Positions 42,053 through 43,442 of a stretch of 43,442 bases of DNA are shown here, piece by piece (position 1 is the stretch's first letter; the number at the start of each line of letters is the position of its first letter). Source of the stretch: Gemmatimonadota bacterium (GTDB taxonomy: Bacteria; Gemmatimonadota; Gemmatimonadetes; Gemmatimonadales; GWC2-71-9); contig QHTZ01000073.1 in the NCBI GenBank assembly GCA_003221005.1, forward strand, positions 1-43,442, written 5' to 3'. Both the position numbers and the translations under genes were made by a program. The notes below the pieces were generated by a model. That model ran no database searches, was not told the origin of the DNA, and was given only the letters and a program-made list of their open reading frames with translations.

Positions 42053-43285
42053 ATGACTTCCGCTCCTGATCTTTCCAAACTCCGCATCGATCGCGACCAG
42101 CCGTCGCCCGGCCTGACCCGGGCGCTGCGGCGGGCCCTGTGGTTCGCTGGGGTGGCGCTCGTCTTCAGTGGCGGCCTGTGGGCCTGGCTGCGACGGGGCA
42201 ACGCGGTGCCGGTTGATGTGGTCACGGCGTCCTTGGACGGCGGAAGCGGTGGAGGAGCGGGAGCGGTGAGCGTGGTCGCGAACGGCTACGTGGTCGCGCG
42301 CACCAAGGCCGCGGTGTCGGCGAAGATCCCCGGGCGGCTTGCGTCGCTCGCGGTGAGCGAGGGCTCGGAGGTGCGGAAGGGAGCGGTGATCGCGCGCCTC
42401 GACAACGCCGACTATGTGGCCGCCGTGGAGCAGGCCAACGCGCAGCTCGCGAGCGCGCGGGCGACGCTGACGGAGCTCGCGGCGGACCGCGACGAGCTGC
42501 AACGCGAATTCGTGCGCACCCGCGACCTGCGGGTGCAGAATCCCAACTTGGTGTCGGCGCAGGATGCGGAGGGCGCTGAAAGTCGCGCCCGGCAGGGCGA
42601 GGCGCGGGTCCACGCCCAGGAGGCGCGGGTGGACGCCGCGGCTGCGGCGGTGCGATTCGCGCAAGCGAACCTCGAGAACACGTACGTCCGCGCACCGTTC
42701 GCCGGCACGGTCCTCCGCAAAGAGGCAGAGGTCGGCGAAGTGGTGGCGCCCTCGGTGGGGGGAGGCCTCACTCGCGGCGCGGTCGTGACGATGGCCGATC
42801 TCGCTACGCTCGAAGTCGAGGTGGACGTCAACGAGGCATACATCGCGCGGGTGAAGGGAGGCCAGCGCGCGCGCATCACGCTCGATGCCTACCCCGACAC
42901 CGCGTTCCGGGGCAGCGTGCGCCAGGTCGTGCCGACGGCGGACCGACAGCGCGCGACCGTGCAGGTGAAGGTCTCCATCCTCGATCACGACCCGCGGATC
43001 CTCCCGGAGATGGGCGCCAAGGTCGAGTTTCTCGAGGACGCGGCACCTGCGGCGACGGCCGCGCGCCGCATCACCGTGCCGGCAGCGGCGGTACGGTCGG
43101 AGAACGGGCGGGCCGTGGTGTGGGTCGTGCGCAACGACCGCGTGGAGCGGCGCGAGGTTGACGCAGGTCCCGTGAGTGGTAACTTGCGCGAGATTCGGTC
43201 GGGGCTTTCGGGCGGCGAGCTCCTGGTCGTTGGCGGGCTCGAGAGTCCGCGCGACGGGCAGCGAGTCCGCGCCCGCACGCCCTGA
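42053..43285 (+). CDS. Efflux periplasmic adaptor subunit (MacA-like membrane fusion protein)
   Basis: TM anchor, ANGYVVA, coiled coil, RAPFAG, EVEVDVNE, PTADRQ, PEMGA. Confidence 0.9.
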   Translation: MTSAPDLSKLRIDRDQPSPGLTRALRRALWFAGVALVFSGGLWAWLRRGNAVPVDVVTASLDGGSGGGAGAVSVVANGYVVARTKAAVSAKIPGRLASLAVSEGSEVRKGAVIARLDNADYVAAVEQANAQLASARATLTELAADRDELQREFVRTRDLRVQNPNLVSAQDAEGAESRARQGEARVHAQEARVDAAAAAVRFAQANLENTYVRAPFAGTVLRKEAEVGEVVAPSVGGGLTRGAVVTMADLATLEVEVDVNEAYIARVKGGQRARITLDAYPDTAFRGSVRQVVPTADRQRATVQVKVSILDHDPRILPEMGAKVEFLEDAAPAATAARRITVPAAAVRSENGRAVVWVVRNDRVERREVDAGPVSGNLREIRSGLSGGELLVVGGLESPRDGQRVRARTP

Positions 43286-43322
43286 TCGTCCACCGGTCAC
43301 TCACCACTCACTCCACCGCGAC

Positions 43323-43442
43323 ATGGCACTGGTCGAGCTACGCAACGTCCACAAATCGTTTCAGCGCGACACTCAGGTCATCGAGGTCTTCGAGAACCTC
43401 ACGCTCGATGTGGCGGAGCGGAGCTTCACCGCGCTGATGGGG
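43323..43442 (+). CDS. ABC transporter ATP-binding protein, 5' partial
   Basis: MALVELRNVHKSF...ENLTLDVAERSFTALMG, running into the Walker A region at the window edge. Confidence 0.8.
   Translation, partial: MALVELRNVHKSFQRDTQVIEVFENLTLDVAERSFTALMG

Overview
High-GC bacterial chromosome segment, most consistent with Gemmatimonadota (inferred from protein families and signal-peptide style, not proven). It is mostly housekeeping: a minus-strand block valS-lipoprotein-selA-gmhB-PPC protein-purN-two M42 peptidase genes-purH-DUF2723; a long plus-strand block thrS, thiolase/bioY/CPBP/hbd/acyl-CoA DH/Leu DH, rpiB, glyA, Spondin_N lipoprotein, hsp20-lon, MEMO1, nnr, thiL, plsC, eno, ftsB; tRNA-Met with small secreted-protein genes; and tilS-hpt-ftsH followed by a MacA/ABC-type exporter. 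The most unusual feature is at the left edge: a ~1.9 kb mini integrative element in tRNA-Ser(UGA), bounded by a perfect 38-bp duplication of the 5' half of the tRNA rather than the usual 3' half. It has paired arm-type repeats, 10-bp phased repeats, an RHH gene with a palindromic operator, an integrase gene lacking its catalytic domain, and one beta-barrel cargo gene. Other notable patterns: recurrent 3-4-copy 7/8-mer arrays (inverted pairs of which encode signal peptides), an 87-bp palindrome in frame inside valS, a dead/active pair of exported M42 peptidases inside the pur genes, purN with no canonical start codon, and two genes with apparent internal deletions.
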